A stretch of 64,000 bases of DNA from Carcharhinus longimanus (Eukaryota), in NCBI GenBank assembly GCA_030264375.1, contig JASCQW010000001.1, positions 87,257,657 to 87,321,656 on the forward strand, written 5' to 3'. Every line of letters starts with the position of its first letter. Within the stretch, counting starts at the first letter, position 1. Under the pieces are notes generated by a model. It worked only from the letters and a program-made list of their open reading frames with translations. It made no database searches and had not been told where the DNA came from. Below are positions 12,367-25,160 of this stretch, one piece after another. The translations under genes and the position numbers were made by a program.

Positions 12367-13989
12367 TTACCTGCGCATCATTTTTGCAACTATAGATTCT
12401 GTTCTGTGCAGTAAAAATGCTAGTTTTTTTTGATACTTGCAATGCTAATTAATAAATTGCAGTCTTAGCTAATACTAAATATCAGTTAAAATAATAATTC
12501 TACTCACTAATTATAACGCATACATTGTTCAAGATTTATGATTTTTTTTAGGTTAGATTCAATCTGCAGGCTGCTATCTTTTTACTGTGAAACATATTCT
12601 CTAAAACCATTCTATAAATATTTAATCAGCTATTAAAAATAAGAATTAATTATTCATTCTCCATTGAATCCCGGTAAATGAAACTAGTAAAAAATTAGAG
12701 CTTTATACTGAATGGTGAAGAGCTCAGCATTTATCTACGGTGATTAAATAGACAGCATAAGCCAACGTGCTCAACAACTGCCTTTCAAATTTCAGGGTTG
12801 GTGTCCAAGTGCAGTTTCAGATGTTTTCTTGCTGAAACAGAATGTTTTCCAACGATGCAGAAAGGCCTAAATCTCCTGATCACCACTGCTTTGTCCAACA
12901 TTGACCAGACAGAAAACTAGCCATCGAGCTGGATACATTTAAAAATGCCAGATTTCCTACCTCAATGCAGAAGAACCCCCCTCAGCACAGGAATCCTTGC
13001 ATAGAACAGCAAAGAGAATCAGTGAAGATGCCACTGCCCTTTTATATGACAAGAGCTGCCATAAAGTAAGTTTAAATGTCCACTGTGATTGATAATGAAT
13101 GGAAGGAGTGGTTGTGTGAGGTGGGTGAGGTAGCTGGGTGAAGTAGGTGGGTAGAGTGACAAGTGGTATGGTGGTAGGGTGGCAGCTGCAGAAGATTAAA
13201 ACTGGTATTAGCGGGGTTTGCGAGGTGACTGGGTATCATCGGAACTTCAGCCAATACAAAGATTCACAAAGCGATCGCAGGGAGGAATCACCAAAGAGTT
13301 CTAGGCTTCATCAGATATACAGCAGCCAGACCTCTCCGTATATAGTTCAAACTAGATCAATTATACATTTTTCTTATCAAATTCTCCTGCCTTTCATTAG
13401 CTTCAAATCAATCATCTTCAATATACATAAATCATTAATAAGACCTGTTATAAACCTTAGCCAAATGCACCGTGCCCTCTGGCATAATGGTATTTCATTA
13501 GTTTGTAGAATCCAGACATAACCTCCTCTTTTGGCTAACTTAGCAACCAGAAGTATAGCCACCAAGTTAACATTCCCACAGGTTCCTCTCCAGTTCATGG
13601 CCAAACCAGATGAACACAGGATCCTGTGTCCAGGCAAGCATCCATCTTATCTGGATAGTGAATAATTCTATTCATAAGCAGCCCTGAGAACCTTACTGCT
13701 TACAATTCCTGTTAATAAGAACCTGCACATTGTTAGTTTTCATTGTTTCCTAAGAATGAGGTTCTGTTTGAAAGTCCCTGCACCATTAGGTCTCATGGGA
13801 ACTTGTTCTTCGCCAAAATGCACAATCACTTTCTAAAAAGAGCTAATACATTTAAAATATCAAAATATGCTTTTAAATCAAAATCACTTGTTTTAAATCT
13901 CTTACTGCATTCACTATTCTCTCGGTAGCTTATAAGTCTATTTTAGAATCATTGAACTCAACACTGGTAGTTCTGTCAGTGTCTTAAAT

Positions 13990-15546
13990 CCAATAAGATG
14001 TCTCACAATACCAGGTTAAAGTCCAACAGATTTATTTGGTAGCACAGGCCACATGCTTTTGGAGCACTGCCCCTTCATCAGATGAGTGGGAGTTCTGTTC
14101 ACAAACAGAGCAGGTATAGACAGAAACTCGATTTACAAAATAATGGTTGGAATGCGAGTCTTTACAAGTAATCAAGTCTTGAAGGTACAGACAATGTGAG
14201 TGGAGAGAGGGTTAAGCACAGATTAAAGAGATGTGTACTGTCTCCAGCCAGGACAGTTGGTGAGATTATCCAAGCCCAGGCAAGTGTGGGGGTCACAGAT
14301 AGTGTGACTTGAACCCAAGATCCCGTTTGAGGCCATCCTCATGTATGCGGAACTTGGCTATCAGTTTCTGCTCACTGATTCTGCATTGTCATGTGTCGTG
14401 AAGGTTGCCTTGGAGAATGCTTATCTGAAGATCAGAGGCTGAATGCCCATAACTGCTGAAATGACTGCCTGTGAAGAGAACACACCTGCTGGGGATTGTC
14501 GAACGGTGTTCTTCATCGGTGTTGTAGTGTCTGCATGGCCTCCCCAATGTACCATGCTTTGGGACATCCTTTCCTGTTGCGTATCAGGTAGACAATGTTG
14601 GCCGAGTTGTAAGAGTATGTACCATGTACCTGGTGGATGGTGTTCTCATGTGAGGTGATGGCATCCATGTTGATGATCCAGCATGTCTTGCAGAGGCTGC
14701 TGTGGTAGGGTTGTGTGGTGTTGTGGTCACTGTTCTCCTGTTTACAAACTGTAGTTTGCTGCGGACAATGGTCTGTTTGTCGTTGTGCGGTTGTTTGAAG
14801 GCAAGAAGTGGGAATGTGGGGATGGCCTTGGTGAGATGTTTGTTTTCATTGATGATATGTTGAAGGCTCCGGAGAAGATGTTGTAGCTTCTCCGCTCCGA
14901 GGAAATACTGGACAACGAAGAGTACTCTGTCCGCCGTGTCCTGTGTTTGTCTTCTGAGGAGATTGGTGCAGTTTTTCTTTGTGGCACATCGGAACTGTTG
15001 ATCTGTGAGTCGAGCGCCATATCCTGTTCTTATGAGGGCATCTTTCAGCGTCTGGAGGTGCCTGTTGCAATCCTCCTCATCTGAGCATATCTTGTGTATA
15101 CGGAGGGCTTGTCCATAGGGAATGGCTTCTTTAACGTGTTTAGAGTAGAAGCTGAAGAAGTGGAGCATTGTGAGGTTATGCTTGGGCTTGTGGTAGAGTG
15201 AAGTGCTGAGGTGACCATTCTTGATGGAGATGCGTGTGTCCAAGAATGCAACTGATTCTGGAGAGTAGTCCATGGTGAGTCTGATGGTCGGATGGAACTT
15301 GTTGATGTCATCATATAGTTGTTTCAGTGATTGTTCACCATGAGTCCAAAGGAAGAAAATGACATTGATGTATCTAGTGTATAGCATCGGTTGAAGATCC
15401 TGTGCAATGAAGAGGTCTTGTTCGAACCTGTGCATGAAGATGTTGGCATATTGAGGAGCGAATTTGGTCTCCGCGGCTGTTCCATGTGTCTGGATGAAGA
15501 ACTGGTTATTGAAGGTGAAGACATTGTGGTCCAGGATGAAGCACCC
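13990..15546 (-). mobile_element. Penelope-like element, 5' truncated: RT, GIY-YIG endonuclease and terminal repeat
   Basis: ORF 14584-15561 has PLE RT motifs (FIQTHGTAAETKFAPQYANIFM, YTRYINVIF, FLDTRI, LYHKP, IPYGQALRIHKICS). A shifted frame reads ANIVYLIR.RKGCPKAWYIGE...EQKLIAKFRIHEDGL (GIY-YIG). Direct repeat GTGTCTTAAAT at 13979-13989 and 15547-15557 is the likely TSD. Confidence 0.95.
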
Positions 15547-17717
15547 GTGTCTTAAATGCATAATTGTTTAAAATCTTCTCTAACCCAATAAAATTTTCCT
15601 TTTCCCCAACAATGGGTAGGGTGATATGATTGTAGGTGAGTATGGTGGCAGGTGAATAACTTGGTAGGTGGGCAGGAAGGTAGAGCAGCAGATGGTTAGG
15701 GCTGGTAGGTTGGCAAATGGGTAAGATTGTGGCAAGTGGGTAGTGTGGTAGATGGGTGTGGGGTCAATTGAATGAGGTGGGTAGGCAGTTGAGTGGGTAG
15801 GTCAGTTGCGCTGGATCAAGGGGGTAGTCAGGTTGGAACTAGTCGTGTTGGGTCAGGATGGTAGTTAGGTGTTGGGGACTATTCAGGTCTAGTTGGTGTA
15901 AGTTGTGTTGAGTTGGGAGCGGCAGTCAGGTGGTCAGGGGTTAGCATGGTCAGGAAGGCTAGTCAGTTCAGACCAGGTGGCAGTCATTTTGGCTTGCATT
16001 GTGGGGAAGTCAAGGTCTCAGGGAGGAGTAGTCAGGAGGGGATAAGGGAGATGGAGTTTGAGGGGTGAGTTGGAGGCATCACTATAAGTCATTTGAGTAA
16101 TTTGTTAGTTATCAGGAAGTTAGGCATTTTTCCTCTATCCAATAATGTTTGATTAGTATCCAGGTAAGTAATTTAGAACTGTCCAAAGTCTCCTAATCTA
16201 ACTCAGAATCCAAGGGTGTGACTTTCCGGCCATGCTTGCCCCAAGATTGGACAATAAAATTCCTCTGGCGTGCGGGATGGGAAAATTCCACTCCAAGATT
16301 TTTTCTGAGGATCCCAGTGACCAGGGGAATTAGCAACTGGAAATCCAAACTTGCCATGCAAATTCTCATAGAGTCAGCACATCTGGACTTTTGCAGGGCC
16401 CTGGCATTCATTTTGAGTTGACGCCTGGTCTCTGACAGTCCACACATTGAAAGATCTGGGCCAGTGAGGCAATAACCCAGTTGTGGCAATTCAATAACAT
16501 ACAAAGTTGAAAAGAATGTTAGGAGTGCCACATATAAAAACATAAATGCTATTTTCCAATACATTATACCTGAACATTTTCATACTCTGCAAACATTCCA
16601 ACAGTGCAATTACTAAACTAAGAACAAAACACTGGCAAGTGTTAAAATATGCTAACTGTTCAATTAATTTTCACCCATCAGCTGTTAAGTTGGTACTGTA
16701 TTCCCTAAAGAATTCCTGGTGTTTTTTTAGACTAATGTCAAATATTCTCGGAAAGCCAAGACTAATTCCAACTCCAGACCGATTATTGTTCTCTCAGATG
16801 GTCTGGCATGGCGTGAAATAGCTTCTTGCACCAGAGGCAGCTGGTGAGGAGGGGAAAACGGTGGCCACAAGTTCTCAGCTTTCAATCATTAGTAACTTTA
16901 TCAGTGATAATGAATAAGTGAGCTGAACAACATGATAATGTGGAAATGCAACAGTTGCCCATGAACAGCCTGTACTACCTTCATGAATTTCAAAATCATG
17001 TTAGCAGCCAGCAGTGATTATTACAGTCTGTCACATTAAATAACAAGAAACAAATTATTTGACTTCCAGAATGAAAGAAAAAAAAACATAGGTTAATTTA
17101 TATTGATCAGAAAACACAGTGCTTTCACTAAACACCATCAACAGTGAAATAGATTGTTCATCGTGCAAGAAGTATATGCCTAAAATTATTTATCTTTCTT
17201 AGATGCAGTACTTTTTCCCAAGTGAACAAGAAACACAACTTGGGATTTAATTGCAAAATGCCCAACTCCCAGCTGGAGACTGAAACCTGAACAGGAAGCA
17301 AGTATGTGACGTTGAAAATAGCCAGCAAGAGTGGGAATGCAGAAGCATTGCCAATCCTAAAAACAAGGTCACATTTCCCTTTCGTAGGCTTGTCTCCATG
17401 TGGGCAGCCTGCTAGTGAGTAACAGGACTGGCCGTTATTGAAAATCGGAACAAGGGGGGATCAAATGTTTCCTTCAGGTTCCTGGGGGGAAGGGGGGAGT
17501 ACTCCTGCTCCTTCTGGCTCACATGGAGGGCCAAAAGCAACACTCACCTTAGGGAGCTGGCTCCTCCCACTTCTATTTTGGTGCTGAGATTCCCAAGCCC
17601 CAGGTCTAAAGATGCAATATAGATGCCCAAGTTAAATATGTTCAGAAAATCCTGTCTCTTCACAGAGAGGTACCTGGACACCATAACATGCGTCACTGTA
17701 AAACATACAGACTCAGT

Positions 17718-18563
17718 GGGCCCAATTTTACCATCACCTTGTGCCTGTTTTCAGGCATGAAAACTTGGTAAAGTTGGCATGAGACAAGTAGCGCAATTTG
17801 CGCCTGCCTCCACGCCGGTTCTCCTTTTACAAGGCCCGAAAATGGCCATGATTTGCATGCATTTAAATTGACTTAATGGGCTGCATGCCCAATTTTACCA
17901 GCACTTCTCTCTTTACCAATATATTCACCCATCCAGAATTGGCGCAAAACAGACATGCTCAAAGTCCGATTTGTACGCACCAGTTATTGAGGAGGTAGGT
18001 GCTTAGCATCCGACGGCTCTCTGCTTGAGATTGTGGGGAGGAAGAATGGGGAGGTGGGGGTCCGCTGCCACTCTGCCCGAGATTGGTGGAGGGGAAGGGA
18101 GATCTACTGCTACTCTGCCTAAGATCAGTGTGAGGGGAAGAGGAGTCAACTGCCACTCTGTCTGAGATCAGTAAAGGGGAAGGAGGGAGTCCACTGACAC
18201 TCTGCCTGAGATCAGTGGGAGGGAGGAAGGCGAGGAAGGGGCCTGTAATTGAGGTGGGTGGTGGGGGGTTGGGGGGAGATAAAGGGGTCAGTAATGTTGG
18301 GGCCAAGGGACGGTCTTAATCAGCTCGGGAAGGATGTGGCAGTAGAGCTGCATTCTATCGTTTATTTTCTGTTGGAGGCACCAATTGGAGCTGCATGATA
18401 TCAGGCGTGTTAAGTGTCACCCTTAGGCTTGTGCAGTGTGATTCAGGATCACTGATACTTTTTCAGGCAGAGTGCATATGGGGCGGGTCTAAAAATCGGA
18501 TCCGAAACATGCCCAGTTTCAAGTCTGCCCAGCACTTAGAATCAAACTGGTAAAATAGGGCCC
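17718..18563. mobile_element. Non-autonomous DNA transposon (MITE), PIF/Harbinger-like TIRs
   Basis: 15-bp TIRs GGGCCCAATTTTACC (17718-17732) and GGTAAAATAGGGCCC (18549-18563), 1 mismatch. The interior has an approximately 43-bp tandem unit (CTGCCACTCTGCCTGAGATCAGTG...) at 18020-18230. Superfamily assignment is inferred. Confidence 0.75.
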
Positions 18564-19019
18564 ANNNNNNNNNNNNNNNNNNNNNNNNNNNNNNNNNNNN
18601 NNNNNNNNNNNNNNNNNNNNNNNNNNNNNNNNNNNNNNNNNNNNNNNNNNNNNNNNNNNNNNNNNNNNNNNNNNNNNNNNNNNNNNNAAACTGGTGTTCA
18701 AACACCAGGCAAGGAGAAACACAAGTGACAGTTGAAAGAATGCTAGCCTGACATCCTGATAGTGCCCACTGGGCACCCTGACACTACCCACCAGGTACCA
18801 GACAGTGCTAAGGGGGTGAGGTCTAAGGGGAGGAGAAGGTGTCTGAAGGGGTGGGCCCATGACAGGGAGGCAGGGGGAGAACTCTGTAGTGGGTGGCCCT
18901 CTGCATCAATGAGTGGGGGTGTGGATTGGTTTGGGCAGCAATCAGCTGGGGACACGGGACTCCGGGGCAGAGATGGCGGGGGGGGGGGGGTCAGCAATGT
19001 CCTGTGTCTTATGCAATTT

Positions 19020-19350
19020 CAACAGAATCTCCTTGTTCTTATACCCTATACCTCTGTTAATAAAGTCTAGGATACTCTATGCTTTCTTCACCGTACTTTC
19101 AAATTGTCTTGCTATCTTCAATAACTTACGCTGATATCACAAGATCCCTCTGCTCCTGCATCTATTTAGAGTTGTACCCTTTCCTGTATATTGCCTCTCC
19201 ATGTTCCTCCTATCAAAATGAATCACCTTACATTATTCTGCATTGAACTTCATCTGTCACTTGTCCACCCATTCCACCAATTCGTTTGTGTCCCTTTGAA
19301 GTTCAGCAGTATCTCCTCACAGTTTGCAATGTCTCCAAGTTTTGAATCAT
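19020..19350 (-). mobile_element. Decayed CR1 ORF2 fragment
   Basis: TCAAAATGAATCACCTTACATTATTCTGCATTGAACTTCATCTGTCAC is the antisense of the CR1 WQMKFNAxKCxV motif region. Confidence 0.7.
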
Positions 19351-22300
19351 CCTCAGAAGATGGCATTGCCAGGACCTCAGCTGCCACCAGACATACATAA
19401 CCAAGCACAGAACAAATGAACTACAAACAAGACATAGATTTAAGAAAATTAACCCCAAGTGACAAGAGGCAGATGAAGAACATTCTTTTTATTATTATCC
19501 AAAATGTATTTCCTGTAAGGATGAAAGAAGCTGATACATAGTAACTTTCAAAAGCAGAAGTATGGGGAAAGAGTTGAGCAGAAGGATCAAAGGGCTGACA
19601 CAAACGCGATGAACCAAATGGCCACTGTTCTGTATAATCTGATAGAACGGAAGAGTCAGTATCCACAGCAGGCAGCTGTTTGATGTCATGATGCCATCAA
19701 TAACATCGTCACAGCCTGAAAATTTCTTCTTGAATTGACCCTCTTTTAAGCTAAGTTACTGTGCCTTGTTGGTGGTGATTCTAGTGTATCCAATAGAATG
19801 GACATTGGAAAAATAGCACTGTGTAATGTTCTCTCTGGCAAGATTTGATTGGCATATCAGGAAGGCATGTGTTTTTGTTCCTGAAATGCTTCCTGGAGAA
19901 ATCGGCAATTCAATTTTTGCAAAATATTTTCTTCAGTTGTGGGAGAATTTGCTTTGTCACTTCATCTTTCTGCAAAAGGCTATTTTTGTGCAGACAGTAT
20001 GACCATCTGAGAAGAAAAAAGCACCTTGCCAAAGAAAAGATATTGTATCTGAAACCTGGACTGTATAACTAAAGAATGCCTTGAGATGTTGTTGCACTTA
20101 TTCTCAGCGGCATTTCAATTGATTAAGAAAGAAGTAACTAAACTAAACTAAAAGTTTGCATCATAAAGTAACATTATATCTCATACAATTAATTCTTAGG
20201 TTGATAACCAAAATAGATAAAACATTTCAACTTGTCCCATTTCTCAGCCCATTAATAATATCCCCCTGAGTCTTTGAAACACCTGGCACTGGACTAATTA
20301 GTGATGGAATGATGTGATATATACTAAAAAGGACAGAAAGCAAGGACATGAATTTCTTGCCCTGCTACACTACTCGACCAGTGTAGCAGGGCGGGAAATT
20401 TAAGCAAAGAGTTTAATTCTTGCCCAGTGGCTGGCAGGTCACGATCTTCACAAGCCATTTTCCTCTCAGTAATCAACCTTGTGCTGAGGAACGGGAACTC
20501 AGCATTGGGCGGTAGGTGGTGCACCAGCTATTGGGAGTTGGGGCCAGCGATTGAGGGTCAGGGTTGGAGTCAAAGGCTGGGGCTGGTGACCAGGGGTTTG
20601 TGATCAGATACTGTGGCTGGCAATCGGGAGTTGGGTTGGAGTTGGAGCTGGTGACCGGGGAGGTGGGGATGGTTTGGGGCCAGTGATGTGAGGGAGGAGG
20701 AGGAGGAGGAATGTCCACTGATGTCCCTGTATACTGGGGGATCCCCAGTGGTCCCCAAGCACGCTGCTGCGGCCTTTCTGTCTCTCCCCACCACCCCCTG
20801 CCCCACCACCGGCATGAATCGCCTGACGTTCTCCCCTGAGTGCCATTAAATTCATAAACTCAACTCACCAAAACAGTCGGCAGGAAAGCCTCCCACTTCC
20901 CCATTGGACTCTTTTGTTTTGGGAAAATTTCCCCACCACGCCACCCGAGTCTGTGAAACTGATTTCAACCAATCAGAGACTAGGTAGTCTCAGCTTTATA
21001 ATAAATGGTTGGATGTTTCTTTTCTTTAATATGATTTAGTTCCCTTTAAAGTGGGGACACACATTTATTGGATTTTTTTATAGGTTGACAACACTTGAAC
21101 AACCTAGTTCCTCCTCACAGATCGATTGAAAAAGGATAGAATGGACGAATAAATGGTGCAGGTACATCAGGTATACGCAGTGCTTAAACATGAAACGGAC
21201 AAGGAAAATATAAATATCTTACTGTTCAATTATAAATGAAAATGTACAAACAGTCAGTGTAGAAGGAAAAGGGATGGAAATAAAAGTACTGAGCGAGTAA
21301 ATCAGTATTCAAGTTTCCAAAACATTTTCCTTTTAATGTTGAATGTTTTAAGTCATTAAGTTGCAACAGTTCTGCCGGATGGGAACACAAACCAAAGAAT
21401 TGGGTATGGAGGTTATAGACATAAAATCTAAAGAATTGCATGTTATTGCTGCTAATATTTATGCAATATTATTCAATTTATACTCGCATAAGGAGTAGAT
21501 TGCTACAATTTTGCTATATATTTTAGTCAAATATTTTAAAATTGCAATGAAATTTCTGCAACATTAGGTGATCTTTCAACATCCGTCTATGAACTGATAC
21601 TTATATAAAAAAAAAGCAAGCTTAGAATTTCTCAAGAATGCTGAGAACTTAAATCTTTACTCATTTGACCCAGCACAGGAAGTATTTTACAGTTACTTGG
21701 GAGATCGTTAAATCCTAATGAATGTTGCTTCAGCTTAGCTGAGTGGTGGTGCTCTCAGTGTAGTGGTTAATAGTCTAGTGCAGTGGTGTGAGAATTCTGC
21801 TCTGTTAGAGCTGACAAATTTTGCTTTATTTTTCTTCAGTTGAGGCTGAGTTGATGATATATTGCATTTGAAAAGAATGAAACAGATAGTGAAGTGGCAG
21901 AGTGCATTATCACCTCAGCTGCCATACCACTGTGTTATGAGATAGATTCATGTTATCAATTCTACTGTTCTAATGTGGTGAGTCTCAGTCAAACCAGAGG
22001 TTAGGTAATAATGAGAGATTGATTCCATTCTACGCAGGTGTGTCAAACTAATGTGGAAAATTGGATTAAGAAGCAAAGAGATTACCAAGTAAATAAGGAA
22101 ATCAAATTTTAAAAGATAACGCTTCCTATCACTTCCTTCCAGCCACGAAATGTTGTACAAAATGTCCAATAACATTGAATATGGGCCAAACAGTAGATTA
22201 TGTTGGTCCGCAAAGCTACAGACTGATAAGAGAACAACTTGGGGGCTTATAGAGACTTCCTACTCACCATATCTGAATAGTAGAGACAGCTATCATGCAA

Positions 22301-22454
22301 GTAGGATGAGAGGTTATATTGCTAAGTGACTTATGTTCGAATTCTCAGAGGGACTGCTGTGCAATGCATTTAGATTACTATGTACTGTTTTGCTCATTAA
22401 GACATAAAAAGAAAGTGCAGGTCCTAGAGGAGAACCTGACATGCCTCAGAGGAA

Positions 22455-23293
22455 AGAGCTAAACTAAACCAGGAATTTTGGCCTTGAAAAGAAACAAGTT
22501 AGTGTTGAACATAATAGATGTACGGAGGATAAGAGGCTGTAAACCTGAAGTGTACCTTCCGATAAGCCAGTCACAAGTTGTGAAGGACAAAATTAAATTA
22601 GATATTAGGAAGCATGTGGAAGAGATCTGTTTTGCCGTGCTCATAAAACTGGGCATCAATTGCAATTGTGTTGTTTTTCTGAAAAATTTATTGTTCAATT
22701 TTCTGCAAACATAAAATCTTCCATGAACATGTGCCTCTGCTAAGCATAGAAGGACTTTTCCCTTTGCATTTAAAGTTACACATTTATACACAGAACCTCC
22801 TTAAACAGCTACAAATGACCAAATTCAGTGAAAACTCACTATGCTTATTGTTCAATCTGAGGCAGGCTTTGGGTGAAATCATTTTTAAAGAAACATTAGA
22901 GGTTGCGGTAACATAGTTACCCTTACTATAACCTATATTTAATATTCCTTACTCTTTTGTATTGGCAGTAGTTTTGTGCTGTTCAGTAGTCCTCATTAAT
23001 TTGCACTCATAATACTAGCATTAACTAATGGAAACTCAAATCCATGTCTTTAAAAAGAATCATCAAAAGAACATAGGACTTAGGAGCAGGAATAGAGCTA
23101 AACTAAACTTGGAATTCTGGCCTTGAAAGGAAAGAAGTTAGTGTTGAACATAATAGGTGTACGGAGTTTAAGTCACTGTAAACCTGAAGTGTATCTTTCC
23201 GATAAGCCAGTCACAATTGGTGAAGGATAAGATTAAGTTAGATATTGGGAAGTGAGTAGGAGAGATCTGTTTTGCTACAATCATAAAACTGGG
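22455..23293 (+). repeat. Diverged direct repeat of about 200 bp (22455-22653 and 23094-23293)
   Basis: Both copies run AGAGCTAAACTAAAC...AAGTTAGTGTTGAACATAATAG...CTGTAAACCTGAAGTGTA...CCGATAAGCCAGTCACAA...AGAGATCTGTTTTGC...TCATAAAACTGGG. Confidence 0.92.
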
Positions 23294-24384
23294 TGCCACC
23301 ATTCAATAAGATCATCTGTTGTAGCCTCAACTCCATCTTGTTTACATAGCAGTACCAGTTAGGCACGGCTAGTGTGCTAGGGGCAATGGTAATGCATGGA
23401 GCCTAAATGGGACTGGGGCCTAAGCGGGGGCTATGACGGGGGGCTGTGGCAGGAGCTATGATGGGGAGAGGGCTATGATGAGGGGAGGGAGGGGCATGTT
23501 GGGGGACATATCGGAAGACCCATTGGGAAGTCCTGATGCTGGAAATCTGTGTCAGAAGGGTAACATGCTGTCGATGAGGGGACTGATGTTTGGGGGTGTG
23601 GGGGGGGGGGGGGAGGTGGAAATCACCTAGTGCACTGAGATCAAATCAGCACCTGATTGCTTTGCAGCCAGGCCCAGTCCCTCCCAGAACTGGCAATCAA
23701 CCCACCACTCACCAAAAACTAACTAAGCATGAGAGAATTGTGGTCCAGTCTGTGCGAGATAGACTGGCATGAATCGCTCCATTTTTCTTGCCATTATGAC
23801 ACTAGTCATTTTTAGGAAAATCGCAGCCAATATCTCCAGCCAAGTGGATAATTGGGAACCTGTTCCAAATGTTTATCAATGCAATGTAATCAGTTCTCAA
23901 AAGATACCTGAGAATGCTTCGGGTGATTCCCCTTACCATTTCCTAACTCCAGGAATTAAGTACCTAGAATTCAAAGTTAGTTTTCAAACCTGAAAAAATT
24001 AGAAGTGGATTTTAGGGAGGAAAGTTCGCAATGATTCATCCCCAAGCATAGAAGATACATACTGAACCAATAATGAAATACACAAGAGATTCATTGGAAA
24101 GGGATTACTGAGGTTAGAAAGAGGCGGTGAGAACTGACTGAAAGGTAAAGATCGTGTCAAAGAGAAACAGAGTATCTTGCAATTACGGAAATGTTAACGA
24201 TTTAAAATGCACATTGCAACTTTTACTTCTGGGATTTTTTCTCTCAGTACCTTGTAGCCACAGCTTTTGTTGCACTTTCCAGAACTGTGAAATCATTCTC
24301 AGTGTGTCACTGTGCCTGTAGTATGTGTGCCAGTTTTCTTTGCACTCCGTCTCTTCTTCCAAACCATTTTTCATAAACTGCAAT

Positions 24385-24780
24385 TAGTTGAGGCCCCAGC
24401 CCTGATCCCTGTGACATTGCACTGGTTTCAGATTGCCAAGTTAAAAATGATGCTTTATCCCAACATTCTGTTTTCCGTTAATTAATTATCCTCTACCCAA
24501 GCTAATGACTACCCACATGAGCTCTTGTGTAGTAACATTTTATGTGGCAACTTATTGAGTGCCTTCTAGAAATCTAAATGCCCTGCATTTACTGTATCCT
24601 CTTTATCCACACTAGAAATCTAAATGCCCTACATTTAGTGTATCCTCTTTATCCACACTGCTTATGACATTCCCAAAGAACTTTGTCAAACACGATTTTC
24701 CTTTCATGAAACCATGGTATCCCTGTCTGATTTTCTAGCTACTACATGTGCAGATACTACTTTATAATTTGGATTCCTAT
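24385..24780 (-). mobile_element. Decayed CR1 RT fragment containing a 46-bp tandem duplication
   Basis: Antisense CR1 features (GTCAAACACGATTTTCCTTTCATGAAACCATG). The unit CTAGAAATCTAAATGCCCT..ATTTA.TGTATCCTCTTTATCCACA occurs at 24566-24611 and 24612-24657. Confidence 0.7.
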
Positions 24781-24836
24781 TAGGCTCCATTAAAAGCACA
24801 AATATTAGCTCTGGTTTTTAAAAAAATCCATTTAAA

Positions 24837-25160
24837 CATAGAATCCTTACAGTGCAGAAGGAGGCTATTCAGCCCATCCAGTTTGCACCAACTCCCATCA
24901 AAACCCCACCCTGCTGCCCTATCTCCATAATTCTCATGCAGCTAACTACCCTATGCATCTTTTTGGGGGGTGGGGCAATTTTAGGGGGTACCTAGGGTCA
25001 ATTGAACATGGCCAATCCACCTAACCTGCACATCTTTGGACTGTTGGAGGAAAATGGAACACCTGGAGGAAATCCATGCAGACACGGGAGAATGTGCAAA
25101 TTCCACACAGGCGATCACCTGAGGCTGAAATTGAACCTGACTGCCTGGTGCTATGATGCA
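24837..25160 (-). mobile_element. HE1-type V-SINE
   Basis: CATAGAATCCTTACAGTGCAGAAGGAGGC tail and CATGGCCAATCCACCTAACCTGCACATCTTTGGACTG body. Confidence 0.85.

Noticed and set aside
18020-18230. Spaced direct repeats superficially resembling a CRISPR array
   Set aside because: Degenerate tandem minisatellite inside a MITE in a vertebrate genome; the spacers are similar to each other and there are no cas genes.
21084-21170. Possible plus-strand exon (TTTTTTTATAG|GTTGAC ... CAG|GTACAT)
   Set aside because: Stops in all three frames and weak donors; no independent support.
22268-22423. Possible minus-strand non-coding exon (CTCCTCTAG|GAC ... ATG|GTGAGT)
   Set aside because: Splice motifs of this quality are expected by chance in 64 kb, and nothing else supports it.
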